A DNA stretch of 64,000 nucleotides from Podospora anserina (taxonomy: Eukaryota). Where the stretch lies: contig CM030338.1 in assembly GCA_017654855.1 (NCBI GenBank), positions 2,790,001 through 2,854,000 of the forward strand, given 5' to 3'. Shown in pieces: positions 26,258 through 38,960 of this stretch. A program made the translations under genes and the position numbers. The notes under the pieces were generated by a model. That model did not search any database and was not told the DNA's origin. It was given only the letters and a program-made list of their open reading frames with translations. Each line of letters opens with the position of its first letter. Position 1 is the stretch's first letter.

Positions 26258-27680
26258 ATGCGCCGTGTTGTAATAACAGGCCTGGGTGCCATCACCCCTC
26301 TCGGCGCCGGTATCCAGTCAACCTGGCGGCGTTTGCTGGCTTCCGAGTCGGGACTCGTCAGTCTCGCCCACCGTTCCCTTCAAGACCTAAAATGGAACGG
26401 GCTTCCAAGCACAGTGGCCGGCATTGTCCCAGTGCCGCCTGCTGACGGAAGCCACAGCAGGTTCAAGACAGATGAACTATGGCGGGCAGATGATTACTTC
26501 AAGGCTTCGGAGCAGAGGCGAATGTCGACTTTTGCGCAGTATGCTGTTGCTGCGACAGACATGGCCCTCAAAGACGCGGGGTGGAAGCCAACAAGACAGG
26601 AAGAGCTTGATGCCACTGGTGTTTGTCTGGGAAGTGGGATAGGAAACCTGCACGATATGTATGAGACGAGTGTTGACTTTGAGAGAGATGTATGTAGCTT
26701 TCCCATCCCCATGGATAGAACAACAGCTGAATGTAATTTGTAGGGCTACAAAAAGGTGTTGCCATGGTTCGTCCCCAAGATTTTGATCAATCTAGCAGCC
26801 GGTCATATCGCCATGCAGTATGGATTTCGCGGACCAAATCATGCAGCCACCACAGCATGCACCACGGGCGCACATTCCATTGGAGATGCATCCAGATTCA
26901 TCGCCTTTGGTGACGCTGATGTCATGGTTGCTGGTGGTGCCGAATCATGTATCCACCCACTGACCTTTGCCGGCTTCGGGAGGTCGAAATCACTGTCTCG
27001 GGCATTTAACGACAATCCTAGAGCAAGTTCTCGGCCGTTTGATGTGGAGCGTGACGGCTTCGTGGTGGGTGAGGGGGCAGCTGTTCTTGTGCTTGAAGAA
27101 CTCGAGCATGCCAAAGCCAGAGGGGCCAACGTTCTGGCTGAGATTAGGGGATATGGATGCAGCGGAGATGCTCACCATGTGACAGCGCCGAGGGGAGACG
27201 GATCAGGAGCTCTGGCAGCTATGAAGAGGGCTCTGAAAAATGCTGGACTGAAGCCAGAGGAGGTGGACTACATCAATGCTCACGCCACCGGAACACCAAC
27301 TGGCGATGTCGCCGAGGCTGCCGCCATCCGGTCCTTGATGATGGGTGAGCAAGGTATGGAGAACGAGAGTCAAGTTACTGTGAGCAGCACCAAGGGGGCG
27401 ATTGGACATTTGCTTGGAGCGGCTGGCTCGATCGAAGCTGTCTTTTCCATTCTTGCCATTCGAGACGTAAGTTCTCCCCGTCCAGACACCTATCCTACGT
27501 ACAAACTGACAACTTCAGAACGTCGTCCCGCCCACACTGAACCTGAAGAGACCAGATGTTGGACCACAGTTCAACTTTGTGCCCCACGAAGCGCAGCAGA
27601 AGAAGGTCAAGGTGGCCGTGTCAAACAGCTTCGGCTTCGGAGGAACCAATGCCTCGCTGGTATTCTCCCAGCTGGACTAA
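26258..27680 (+). CDS. CEM1: Mitochondrial 3-oxoacyl-ACP synthase (beta-ketoacyl synthase), 3 exons
   Basis: [16 protein letters not shown], catalytic [32 protein letters not shown] and [10 protein letters not shown]. Introns at ~26689-26743 and ~27467-27518. Confidence 0.93.
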
Positions 27681-27851
27681 CTGCATAATACAAAACTGTA
27701 ACAATTACACAAATGAATTCAAGTGTGAGACGTCCTCTTCTTTTGTTCGAGACAAATATCTCAGACAAATATCTCACCCTCACATTGTCCAAGCTTCAAG
27801 CCACTGCATCATGTATGACTTTTCCGCCACTCAACCCCAACAGCAACCGAT

Positions 27852-27925
27852 GGTTTCGTGGTGTAGTTGGTTATCACGTCAGTCTAACACACTGAAGGTC
27901 TCCAGTTCGAGCCTGGACGAAATCA
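27852..27925 (+). tRNA. tRNA-Val (AAC), intronless
   Basis: Acceptor stem GGTTTCG/CGAAATC, D-arm GTGTAGTTGGTTATCAC, anticodon arm TCAGT-CTAACAC-ACTGA, T-arm TCCAG-TTCGAGC-CTGGA. Confidence 0.96.
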
Positions 27926-28153
27926 GAACCATTCCGGCAGGACTCATAAATCCCGCAAACTTCTCTTTTTGCCCCCCTGGTTGAAACTATTCCCCTGGAT
28001 ATCCCTACATTGTCGACCCTAACCCTTATCAACAAAAGCTCCCTCCAACGCCAAGACAACTTTTTTTGAATCAAAGCTCCTTTGAGCTCCATGACGTTGA
28101 GCTTGGAAGCTCCCATATCCCTCCCTCCGCAACAAACCCCCAGAAACACAATA

Positions 28154-29221
28154 ATGGCGACCCCAAGTTGCTGTCGCGCCAGCCTGTCAAGGCGACCAAT
28201 CTCGATACTAGGTCAAATACACCCAATATCCACCCAAACAAGCAGAATTCTCTCTTCACAATGCGCCCGCGCAGCAGTCCCCTCCCCAGCATCACCATGT
28301 AGCAGCATCACCAAAAGACCCCTCCACACCACCCCCAAACCCCAAATCTCCCTCGCCGAGATCCTCAAAAAAACCGGCATAGCCCAGACCACAGGCAGGT
28401 CCTACATGATCTACCAAGCCACCGAGCAGCTCCACAAAGCCTGCGCCGCCCAGGCAGAGTACACCATCGACCCCGAAGACAGGAAGGCGTCCAAGCTGAA
28501 GCACACTCCCGACGGGGAGGAGATTGGGAGGAGCGGGGGCGGTGGTGGGGAGGGAGGTTCTGCCAAGGGGGGTGTCTGGCATGAGGGTTTTGTTTCCCCC
28601 CTTCTATCCCACCAACCAAACTACATGCTAATGTGATGGACAGAAATGGGACTACTACCAACATTCAGTACATGGTCCCAGGTCACCATGCTACACATGT
28701 ACCTCCTCGTCGTCCGCTTCCGCGACATGCCCAAGATCCAACAAACGACCTTTCAGGACGGGCTTGTTAACCATTTCTTTTATGAGGCGGAGGCAAAGAT
28801 GGATCTGGTGCATAATCTCACGTCGAGGGTGATTAGGCAGAAGTATCTGAAGGATTTGTTTGTGCAGTGGAGGGGGTTGGTGCTGGCGTATGATGAGGCC
28901 TTGGCCAAGGATAGCGATGCTGTTTTGGCCGGGGCGGTTTGGAGGAATTTGTACAAGGCTGACGAAAATGTGGACGTGAGGAGGTTGGCGGCGGCGGTGG
29001 GGTATATGAGGAGGGGGATGGCGGATTTGGCGCATAAGGGGGAGGAGGATTTGGTGATGAAGGGGAAGAGGGTGTTTGATGAGTGGGGGGGTGTGAAGGC
29101 CGAGTTGAGGGGGGTGGACGTGCCGACTTCGCAGGTGAAGGGGCTGATGGATGCGGAGGGGTTGAGCAGTAGTGAGCCGGCTGTGAAGGAAGGTGTGAAG
29201 GGGTCGAGGTTCGGTTCTTGA
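28154..29221 (+). CDS. CBP3: Cytochrome b / complex III assembly chaperone Cbp3, 2 exons
   Basis: R/S-rich presequence-like N-terminus and an intron at ~28587-28643. Motifs PTFSTWSQVTMLHMYLLVVRFR and LKDLFVQWRGLVLAYDEAL..SDAVLAGAVWRNL. Confidence 0.9.
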
Positions 29222-29320
29222 GGGGAAGAAGGCGGGGGGAGTGTACGATATATGGAATGTATTATATCCCGACCAACACAGTACAAAAACCGCCATCGTT
29301 ATACGTTCCGTGCCGTGAAC

Positions 29321-29926
29321 CTAATCAACCCTCTCCCACATCTCAAACTCATACCCCGTCTCGTCGTCTGTCCCCTCCTTTTCCACCTGTCGTCCCCTGG
29401 GCACCTCCTCCCCAACCCACTCATCCATTTTTTGCTGTTCCACCCTCTGCCATTCCCCTCCCTCCTTGAGTTCCAACGGGAAAACAGCATCACACTCCCA
29501 CTCCCTCTCCACCCTCGTCAACAAAACCCGCCTCGTCTCTCTCAACCCGAGCGCAGCTTTATAGATCTCCGCCCCACCGATAACAAACACCCTCCCCGCT
29601 TTCCCCTTCCCGTCCTCCCCAACCCACTGCAGCGCCTTTTCCAGAGATCCAGCCCAGAGTGATTTGTCTTCCCGTTTTTCAACCCCCCCGATGGAACGAC
29701 TGACAACAATATTTAACCTGTCTGGCAGAGGGCGGAACTTTGCCGGGATGGAGTCCCATGTCTTGCGTCCCATGATGACGACGTTCTGAACATTGGGGGA
29801 AGGGGAGCGTTTGGTGACGCGGGCAAAGTAGGCCATTTCTTTCTTAAGGGAGGGCCAGGGGAGGGTGCCGGAGAGGCCGATGCCCATTTTGGGGGTGGAG
29901 GCTAGGATGAGGGTTAGTTCTCTCAT
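29321..29926 (-). CDS. DFR1: Dihydrofolate reductase
   Basis: MRELTLILA..MGIGLSGTLPWPSLKKEMAYFARVT, VIMGRKTWDSIP..RPLPDRLNIVVSR and FVIGGAEIY. Confidence 0.96.
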   Translation of the reverse strand: MRELTLILASTPKMGIGLSGTLPWPSLKKEMAYFARVTKRSPSPNVQNVVIMGRKTWDSIPAKFRPLPDRLNIVVSRSIGGVEKREDKSLWAGSLEKALQWVGEDGKGKAGRVFVIGGAEIYKAALGLRETRRVLLTRVEREWECDAVFPLELKEGGEWQRVEQQKMDEWVGEEVPRGRQVEKEGTDDETGYEFEMWERVD

Positions 29927-30336
29927 ATTTTGGCTGTTTTGTAAGAGAAATGATATGTTTGGGGGTTGAGGTTGGGATGAGTGAAAGGTGGTGTGGTATG
30001 AATCAGATGCACGAGGAACGAGAAAATGTGGGGCGGGAGAAAAAGGTGTGAAACGGGGTGGTATGATTGGCTGGTTGTGTCTTTGAGATGACAACTTTTC
30101 GGGGAGGTTAGGTGAGCGATATGGATGGATACAAAGTTGAAGAGATGTGTGTTCTGCAAGACATCGAGGTGATTATGGAGGTTATGAGATTTTGTTCAGA
30201 GCTTTGACGAGTTGATTTCCATGCTTCTTGAACCTGGTGATTTGCATTTTCAGTTGACCCAGGCCATCATGCAAAGATCAACCATATGTACAAGTCTGTT
30301 GATACAATTTTCTATCTCCCCACCTCACACACCAGC

Positions 30337-31356
30337 TTATGGATTCACGGAATTCGGCCTAATAGGCAACAACCTATCCATCGCCCTCCCGTCATCCAAC
30401 GCCCACCCACCCGTCGTGTCCAACTTGTACGTCACCCCACCAACCACGATCTTGGTGAAGCCCTCCCTGCTGAACGACCTCACAATGCCCGGCCACACCC
30501 CCTTGAAAGCCTTCTTGGCGTCCCTGAACGGAGCGGTGAGTAGATGGTTCATGGTGTACTCCCTCTCCTTCTTGGCCGCCTCGATCGCGGCCCTCTGCCT
30601 CCTGACCTGCTCAGCCACGCTCAACGGCTCCTCGACCGCAACGCCGATCCGCTTGTTGTACTCAAACATGCTGCTCATCCTGAAGGGCAGCTCAATCTCG
30701 TGAGGCATGTAGAGCTTCTTCTTTGGCTTCAGAAAGGGGAACATCCTCTGGGTGGTTACTTCGATGTACAGGGGACCCTGGCCGGAGGGTTTGGCGGCTG
30801 CTTTGACGAGGGAGGAGGAGGAGGAGGAGACGGCGGTGATGGTCTTGATGATGCGGCCGGTGCCCATGATGAAGTAGGTTGCCATGGCGGCCATGGCGAG
30901 GCAGATGACGCCGTAGGCGTGGGGGATCCACCATGCCAGGCCTTCGGGGGGGTGGAGCTGGATGGTCCAGTAGTGGTAGACGGAGTAGGAGATGCAGAAC
31001 ATGCCTGAGGCGAAGCAGCCGGTGCGGAACCAGAGGTGGGAGGGGGATTCGTAGAGGAGGGTCCGGGGTTTTTGGGCGATGATGTTGGCGTAGGAGGAGG
31101 CAGGGGCGCGGGTTGAGGCGAGGAGGGGGGAGATGGAGGGTTTGGGGACTGATTGGGTTGGTTTTACTAGGAGGGAGGGTCTGGGGGCTGGTGGTGTAGG
31201 GACTTTTGGTTTAGGGGCTTTCTTCAGGAGGCGGAGGGAGGTGGTGAAGAAGCGGGTTTGGAGGGGTGGTGGTGTGCATTTGCAGGATGAGAGTTGGGTT
31301 TGGCGGAGGGTGAAGAAGTGCCATTGAGCCGGCAGGCCTCGGGAGAAGGAGGCCAT
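30337..31356 (-). CDS. Hypothetical mitochondrial membrane protein (two TM segments, possibly TMEM223-like)
   Basis: 339-aa ORF with a presequence-like start (RFFTTSLRLLKK), an LLYE motif before two hydrophobic segments, and codon usage like the neighbouring genes. Confidence 0.7.
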   Translation of the reverse strand: MASFSRGLPAQWHFFTLRQTQLSSCKCTPPPLQTRFFTTSLRLLKKAPKPKVPTPPAPRPSLLVKPTQSVPKPSISPLLASTRAPASSYANIIAQKPRTLLYESPSHLWFRTGCFASGMFCISYSVYHYWTIQLHPPEGLAWWIPHAYGVICLAMAAMATYFIMGTGRIIKTITAVSSSSSSLVKAAAKPSGQGPLYIEVTTQRMFPFLKPKKKLYMPHEIELPFRMSSMFEYNKRIGVAVEEPLSVAEQVRRQRAAIEAAKKEREYTMNHLLTAPFRDAKKAFKGVWPGIVRSFSREGFTKIVVGGVTYKLDTTGGWALDDGRAMDRLLPIRPNSVNP

Positions 31357-31867
31357 CTGAGGAGATATTAGTTCGGATATTATTTGTATTAGTTTCCTGA
31401 AATCTAGAAGCTATACCATACCTTGAGTAAAGGCGGTGCAATTGGCTGGCCACTTACACGATGATGTAGAGGCCTTGTCACTTTACGGCACCAGCCAAAA
31501 AATGTCGGTGCCGGCGCAATGTTTCGGCGACAGGTGCAGCTTGGCGTCAGTTGCGATAAAAGAGATTAGATTACGATTAGATGCGGACGGCTTCTCCCGA
31601 GCTGAGGTGACAAACAAGGAACATGGGGGTCGACAGCGTGGGAGGAAGTGGGTTTCTCAGTCGCATTCTTTGGACCCTGGCCCTTGAAGCTCTCGACTGG
31701 ATCCATCAAAAATGTTTAGTCGCAGGTGGCCCAAGCTTTTTTGGTGGCTCCCCAACCGTTCTTGAAGCTGGCACTTTGGATACATAATCCCAGCTCCCTT
31801 CGAGACCCTTTGAAAGGTCCCCACGTTCGCAACCTCGTCGGAGTCCACCAGCATCGTCGTCATCATC

Positions 31868-33250
31868 ATGGCATCCTTTGCGGCTGCTTGCCGCGTGTCT
31901 GCGCGCCTGGCCACCAGAAGACTGCAGCAGGATGTCACAGTTAAAAGTCTGTTCTGTTGAGCTCGAGCACAGCAAAAGCCCGCGTCACTAATATGCCCTC
32001 ATATAGGTTTCCGAACATCGGCCGCCGCCCTTGCGGCTCAAAACTTCACCATGCCCGCCCTCTCCCCTACCATGACCGAAGGCAACATTGCGAGCTGGAA
32101 GATTAAGGAGGGCGAAAAGTTCCAGGCCGGCGATGTGCTCCTCGAGATCGAAACCGACAAGGCGACCATGGATGTGGAGGCCCAGGAGGACGGCATCATG
32201 ATGAAGATCATGCACGGCGACGGAAGCAAGAGTGTACAAGTTGGCACACGGATAGCAGTCGTCGCCGAAGAGGGTGATGACATTAGCGCCCTCGAGATTC
32301 CCGCTGACGAGGTCTCCGCTCAACCTACCAAGGCTGCGGAAGCTCCGGACACCTATACTCCGGCTCCCCCAAACCCCTCCGAACCCGCCGAGCCACCCAA
32401 GTCCGACTCCACCCCCAAAGCCGCCGTTAAGCCCGGACACAAGACAACCCACAGGACCTATCCCCTATACCCATCTGTCGAACACCTCTTGAAGGTTAAT
32501 GGCCTCGACAAATCCGAAGCCAAGAAGATCACCCCCACCGGACCCAACGGACGTCTGCTCAAGGGTGATGTTCTGGCTTATCTCGGCAAAATCAAGGCCG
32601 ACATTCCTGCCAAGATTGAGTCCCGATTCGAGAAGCAATCCCACCTGGATTTGAGCAACATCAAGGTCGCTGCTGCGAAGCCTGCTCCTGTTGGAAAGTC
32701 CGCCAAGGAAGCCGCTCCTGCCCCTCCTCCGGCGCCCGTCAAAGCCACTGTTACTCTCCCCGTCTCCTTGTCAGCGGTTCTCCAGGCCCAGAAGAAGATT
32801 AACGACTCCCTCGGCATCTTCCTCCCTATCTCTACGTTCATCGCCCGCGCCACCGACTTGGCCAACGACGAACTTCCGGTGCCCAAGGGGTACCAACCCA
32901 CAGCTGATGAGCTCTTCAACCAGGTCCTTGGTCTAGACAAGGCCCACAGCGGAGCCAAGGTGTCCAGGGGTGCCTACGTTCCCCAGGTAGGCTCCCTTAC
33001 TCCTAAGGGAGCTGTCCTTCCCAGGCCTACTGCTGCGCCTGCGAAGAAGAAGGACATCTTTGACATTCTGGCTGCCAGCCCTTCACCCAAACCCAAGGCC
33101 ACCGCCTCTAAGCTGTCCCCCGGTTTGTCGGCTGTTGGACCCAACGTTTTCAGCCTGCAGGTCCCCAGAGACGAGGAGAAGAGAGCAAAGATCTTCTTGG
33201 AGAGAGTGAAGCTGGTGTTGGAGAATGAGCCAGGGCGGTTGGTGTTGTGA
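31868..33250 (+). CDS. PDX1: Pyruvate dehydrogenase complex protein X (E3-binding protein), 2 exons
   Basis: Presequence exon MASFAAACRVSARLATRR and intron ~31947-32007. Lipoyl domain MPALSPTMTEGNI..EIETDKA and E3-binding PTGPNGRLLKGDVL, with no full acyltransferase core. Confidence 0.92.
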
Positions 33251-34819
33251 TTACAAACTCTTCTTTATTTTGCGTTTTCAAAAGGATGGTTGTGTCGGAG
33301 TTTAGCATGATGAAACGGGGCAAGTATAGATGTGTTTATCCATGGGCGTGTTTTGCGTGCTTACTGGTTAACTTTGATATGTATAGAATGTATGAATGGG
33401 CATATATGACTGGCCACTTTTGTTTCTTCCGTAATCCGGCTCTTATGCTCGTTGATTTAAGACTTCCGTCGGCACTCATTTTCAGACTTTCAAATTCAAC
33501 CGCTAATGAATAGATTTGCCAGCTTGGGTACACATCGGTCTCCGACCCATCGTCCTCTCCATTTACTTTTAGTTACCCTTTCCAATCACGGGATACAAGT
33601 TACCGTTCCTCCACACCGCAGCTCCATTAGCTGCTTGTCACGATTATTTTCCTTATCTGCCCTTACTGATAGGATCTACTAGCCATAGGCTATCCATCCT
33701 CTGCCCCTAGTTCCCGCCAAAGTCCAGCAACCGCGTGAAACAACCTCGAACCCAGGGACATGTCTCGTCAAACCGGCCAACGGGAACAGAAGGCACGTTT
33801 CGCCTGCCTCATCAAACCGTCCCTTCAAGTCGGAACCGAGAAAGAAGGGGCCCAAGACAGCTTGATTCCACTTGCTTCCGTTTATCTTTCGTGTCTTCGT
33901 CACCCGAGACACCTGCGAGACAATAGACAACCTGCTCAATGTTAAACCTTCCAAGGCAGTTTTCAAAAGCCCGGTCAGACCTAGGGGGTATTCATCCTTT
34001 GATCGATATTCTCTCGGGGTGGAGAGGCATATGATTCATTCCTAGCTGTCAAGTCCCATAACCCCACGTAGAGAGGAACGGCTCACAAGTCCAACTTTGA
34101 CACCAGCTTTGACACAAGCACAAAGCAACCCTCCCAGCCGGCATTGCCGTACTTGTTGAACTTTGTGTTGGGGTCGGGTACTCGCCTCGATTACGCGCAA
34201 GCTCGTTGCCACAGCATGGATACAAGAATAGTTGCCTATCATCAGTGAGAGGTCAGTTTGACGATGGATGGAGTTGAGGCGAGCAGTTTACACAACGCAA
34301 GAGAAAAAAGAACTCATCATTCCACATCTTTATGAGAGTTGCCAGGCAACCTGCCAGCTGCAGTATTGTCTATGACAAGAGACCAATTGCTAATTTGTCT
34401 ACAAGATTGAGGGTAGGTGATCCAGCTCCATTGCACCAACCCCACTAAGTCTAGACCACCCAATTCTAATTTCCTCTAGACTGATTAAGTCCAAGGTAGA
34501 CTCATCAGCATCTCCCGACCTAGCTGGCCAACATGTATTTAATAGATATTTGAGAGTCTGCCTGGAAGATCAAAAAGAAGAACTCATCATCCTACAGGCG
34601 CCAACCAAGCAAACAGGCAATCCCATCCCCCCCCAAAGTGATCAAACCCACTTCATTGCACGATGGCTCACCCAGAAACAAAGTCTGGGGGGCCCTGCTA
34701 TTTTCTTTCTCAGTCATCTAGCTCAACTGGGTTGATCAAGTCCAGAGCTATTGCTGATGATTTGATGATACATGGTGTTATCCTGGGCCATAAGTAGCTG
34801 ACCAGGTAATTACATGATG

Positions 34820-34915
34820 TTTTTTTTTCATGAGAGGACTCGAACCTGTGATGTTTTGACATCTGTGGTGGTGACTGAAGGGGGACAGAGCCACCTACCG
34901 CTTAGCTAATGCGGT
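34820..34915 (-). pseudogene. tRNA-like remnant (Pol III A and B boxes) with an A9 tail
   Basis: On the minus strand: TAGCTAAGCGGTAG (A-box-like, 34908-34895), GGTTCGAGTCC (B-box, 34846-34836), then A9. The acceptor and anticodon stems do not pair. Confidence 0.4.
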
Positions 34916-37545
34916 AGAGCTCTTGGATTTGTTGGGGAGGACGAGGAAGTTGCTGGCTACGAGGGGAAAGTTATGGGAGTAGCTGCTTTCTCTTTGGATG
35001 GGGTGGAGATGGTTGGTGAAGGGGCGGGGGGTTGTGGTGAGGCAGGAGCGAGTGATAAGCTCTCGCCTCGAGAAGCTAACGTCGGTCAAGCGGTTGGCGT
35101 CGTTGGTGTCCTTATGCTCGCGCAACAGGATAGTTTTTAGTGTACCGGGACCGGCTGTCATTGTCGTTTCTCTTACAGCTGTAAGCTTATCACTTTAAAT
35201 TTCATGGAGATCGACAATCAGTCTACCAACTCATCATTTGAGCCATCGCCTCTTTCTAACGGAGAGCAACGAGGTTCATATTAGCAGGTGTAACTTCATC
35301 AATGGCACAGTCGCCGCAATCCGGGTCAACTACATATGTCTGCAGCCCACGTACACAAATAGCCAGCTTGCTCGAGAAAAGGGGCAATCTATGCAGCGGC
35401 AGATATTCAGGGGCTCATGTTGAACAACTAGATGACCGACACCGCTGGATTACAAGATGTCAATCCTCTCCTTGACCAGCTGACATCATGTGCAGTGAGC
35501 CATGTGCCCTATGTCCAACAACGGACAACGAGGCCACAAATACACGGCGCAATGGGCGACATATGCTCCATGTGGTCACCGCTTCCACCGCACCAAACCA
35601 GCTATGCAGTGACAGTATCCCCGACTCGACGACCCAGTGAATATCCAATATTCAGAGGAGACTTAGCGCACAACTGTCATCCCGCAGTCATGAGTTCAGA
35701 TGGCAGAAGGCAGCAGGCAACGTCTTACCTTACCCAACATGAAGGCGTCAACCACCAAACCCTTCAACCCAGACATGTTTCGGCTAATAGTTGTACAATA
35801 CAGACCCTGTGAACAGCACATCATTCTAACCGCTCAGCTCTGACAGATGCGGTCCAGGCCAGGGCCTCCAACAACCAGACCACGTTGAACCAAGACATAC
35901 TTGCAAAGACTCACCTTAATCTTCTTCTTGACCTACCTTACCCACGATAGCTCAAACAGCCCGCGCCGCAGCCTCCTTCCTCACCGTTTCTCACTCATGC
36001 ATACCGCCAACCCAGTCCATCCACACATGCAGCTCCCAATATCTGCGTAACATACCTACCTACCTTAGCCCTTTTCCCCGCCCCCAAACCCGCCCCCATG
36101 ATCACCTCAGGGTCCACGATCATCCCCATCACAGCAGCTACCCACAGGTCAATCAATCTACATCTATCCCGTGTCTCCCGAGTTCTCCGACCCCGATTTC
36201 GGCAATATCCCCCATGCTCCGGTCCAGGTTGTGATTCCTAGTATCCAGCCGGGGAGACGGAGGCAATCATTCTCTCCCACTCCTCATCCATCCCGTCCAT
36301 CCCCTCCAGATCTTCCCCCTCCTTTTGAAAGTGTGTATGCTGTGCGCCCATCCTTTTCATCCTTCCTCCGAGGTGGCGTTGCGAAGGGTATGAAAAATAT
36401 TCCAGCGAAGACCTAAGCGGTGAGAAACAACCAACCTCGAGCTCAACCGCGCAAACAAGATGATATGAGATAAAGAAAAAAAATCTTCAAGCACCGTACA
36501 TACATGTGTATGCACATAATCATGCCTCTGAGTTGATGTTACTTACTGATACACAATCCCTCATGCAAGCACTTTAACCCCCAGCCCCTGCTGATGAGGG
36601 GGAAGGCAGGCAAAAAAAAAAAGGGATCTTACCTTACCCCTCCATGAAAACCAGCCCCCAAAAAAGGCAAGATTCTCGTCGGTGTTAATGTACAGAGGGA
36701 TTCGAAGGAAAAAAGACCAAGGAGATATCATGTAGTGTAACCCCCCGGCTACGGCAAGAACCAACTGCAAGCCCATGGCAAAAACTTCTTTCTCTTCAGC
36801 ACCGGCAGGCAGGGTAGGGTAGGATAGGATGTTCTCAGACCGCTATTTGATCTGTTCTCCCACCACATATCGATACCCTCAAAAAGAACAAGTGAGGGGT
36901 CAAACGATCCCTCCCTTCCTTCGCGAAAGGAAACGAAACATGAAGCTACTGCGCTACAACCTCACAAATAGATAGTCCCCTCGGGGAAAGACATTCTCTG
37001 CAGTAGTCAAGGTAGGTAAGGTACCTTATGGTGCAATACCTCCGGCCGTCTTGCTGGTCCCTAGCTACTTACCAAGACCAAAAAATCCCATGTTTTGTGC
37101 TGCCTGTGTGTGCATTTACCCCTCCTTTTCTTGTCGAAGCGCCGCCGGCATATAACCACATGGAAAAAGATTTGCAACCAAGAGGAGCGGTGAAGGGAAG
37201 ACAAGAGGTGGGTAGGTAGGAATTGGCGTATCATTTCTTTGCCAATCCCATTTACCCCGCGCGGGCGCGTGCGCGTCTAATGTGCCGTTTTCTTTCTTGA
37301 GGAGCTAACAAAGCACATACCTGATGGACACAGGATGGAAGCGAGAATGTCAGACCTCGTGGTGGTGGTGGTGGTGTGGAATATCTGATTCCCTTGTGGT
37401 CCGTGTGTCAGGATGGAAGCGAACCACACACACTATTCCCCCCTTCACCGTCCCATTCGGCTCTCCGTGTGGGGGTTTTGACCCAACTTTGGTTCCCTTC
37501 AACATTCGCTTACACTCTGAAAAAGTACACATTTTCTGGGGGATG

Positions 37546-37700
37546 TGTCAAATTTGGTCATCCTGACCCACTATTAGCAAAATTATCACCTTGACAGTAA
37601 AACCTGAGCTACCAGGTCTAGCTTCACAGTACCACTTAGGAACTCTCCTTTACATAATATTAGAATTGACACAATTAATTACCTTTTACTATATTTAATA
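37546..37700. repeat. Left LTR (155 bp)
   Basis: Aligns end to end with 38961-39114; most differences are C/T and G/A transitions. Confidence 0.88.
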
Positions 37701-38389
37701 ATTTATAGTTAAATTATTACTATAAAGTAGTTTTTTTTAAAGCAATTGTAACTATATTATTATTAATAAGTTGCTTAATAAAGTATTTAATAATTAAACC
37801 TAAAAAAAACTATTGATTTAATTTTTAATAACAATTAAAAGTAGTAAAGATTATGCTCTATATATGCTTGTGGGCTCTATATAGACACGCATTTACAGTG
37901 CTCGCGACAGCAGAAGACTCAATATCTGATACTTATAGCTCACTACTAAAATGTACAGTTACAGCGCCTTACAGCGCTGAGCAACAAAATTATAGAAAAT
38001 AACCTTCTATATTTAAAATAGTTTATTTACTATATACTAACTTATAACCCTATAGTGAAGCTTGTACTTCTATTATATACCTCCCGACGGCCTTATAGAG
38101 CTTCACACACTACAACAAGCAAATAAACTAAAGTTCAGCTTCACAAACTAAGATTTAACTATATTTCACTAAAAATATACCCACAGCTATACAAAATAGA
38201 GCAAATTTGGCTACCGGCTTACTGAGAGTATAGGTTATTATAAGTCAGTTAGCTCACAAATTATACTAGGCATTTATAGGGCTTTAAATAGCTTAAATTT
38301 TATATTTAAGCTATTTCAGTCTACTATAGCGGCAGATATAGAGCTTTGCAGTAAATTACTCCACTAAGTAAATATTTTATGTAGTACTA

Positions 38390-38477
38390 AATAGATACTA
38401 GGTGGATACTAGGTAGGTACCAGGTAAATGCCAGGAGGGCACGTAGTAGGTGCCGAGTAAATATCAAGTAGGTATTT
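38390..38477. repeat. Eight degenerate 11-bp tandem units inside the LTR element
   Basis: AATAGATACTA GGTGGATACTA GGTAGGTACCA GGTAAATGCCA GGAGGGCACGT AGTAGGTGCCG AGTAAATATCA AGTAGGTATTT. Confidence 0.75.
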
Positions 38478-38960
38478 TATAAAATACTTTTACAGTATAT
38501 AACGCTTTTGCTAAGGCTGCTACTACAGAGTATTACAGTAGTAACTCACTGTAACATGAGCCTCATGGAAATTAATTATAACAAGATATAATCATATTTG
38601 AATAATTTAATTTATAATATAAAATCTTATTATTCATAATTATTACTGATATATTAGTTAGTAAATTTATTAGATTTTAAAAAAAAATTTGATATTAAAA
38701 ATGCCCAAAAAGTTAATCAGAAAAATGTTACGATTTAAATTTAATATTATTATAAAAAGTAAAATAAAAAGTATAATTTAAAAAATATAAGTTTGTATAT
38801 AATAATAATAAAAACATTAGGAAAGTAATAAATACTATTAAATAAAAATCATAGAAATATTATAAAAATAATAGACTTTAAAGAATATTAAAACTATCAA
38901 GAAATTTAAATTAAAAATAAAAATATTTAGAAGTTTTAGATAAAGCGTTAGTTAAGGGTA

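Noticed and set aside
29927-30094. N-terminal ORF extension of DHFR (similarly NUC1 62347-62559)
   Set aside because: Composition looks like 5' UTR and the family-typical sequence begins at the downstream ATG; an alternative targeting isoform cannot be shown from sequence alone.
36171-36416. 81-aa proline-rich ORF
   Set aside because: GTG start with an in-frame stop shortly upstream and no recognisable homology.
37331-37422. 14-bp direct repeat CAGGATGGAAGCGA near the LTR element
   Set aside because: It lies outside the TSD-defined boundaries and is too short to define an element.
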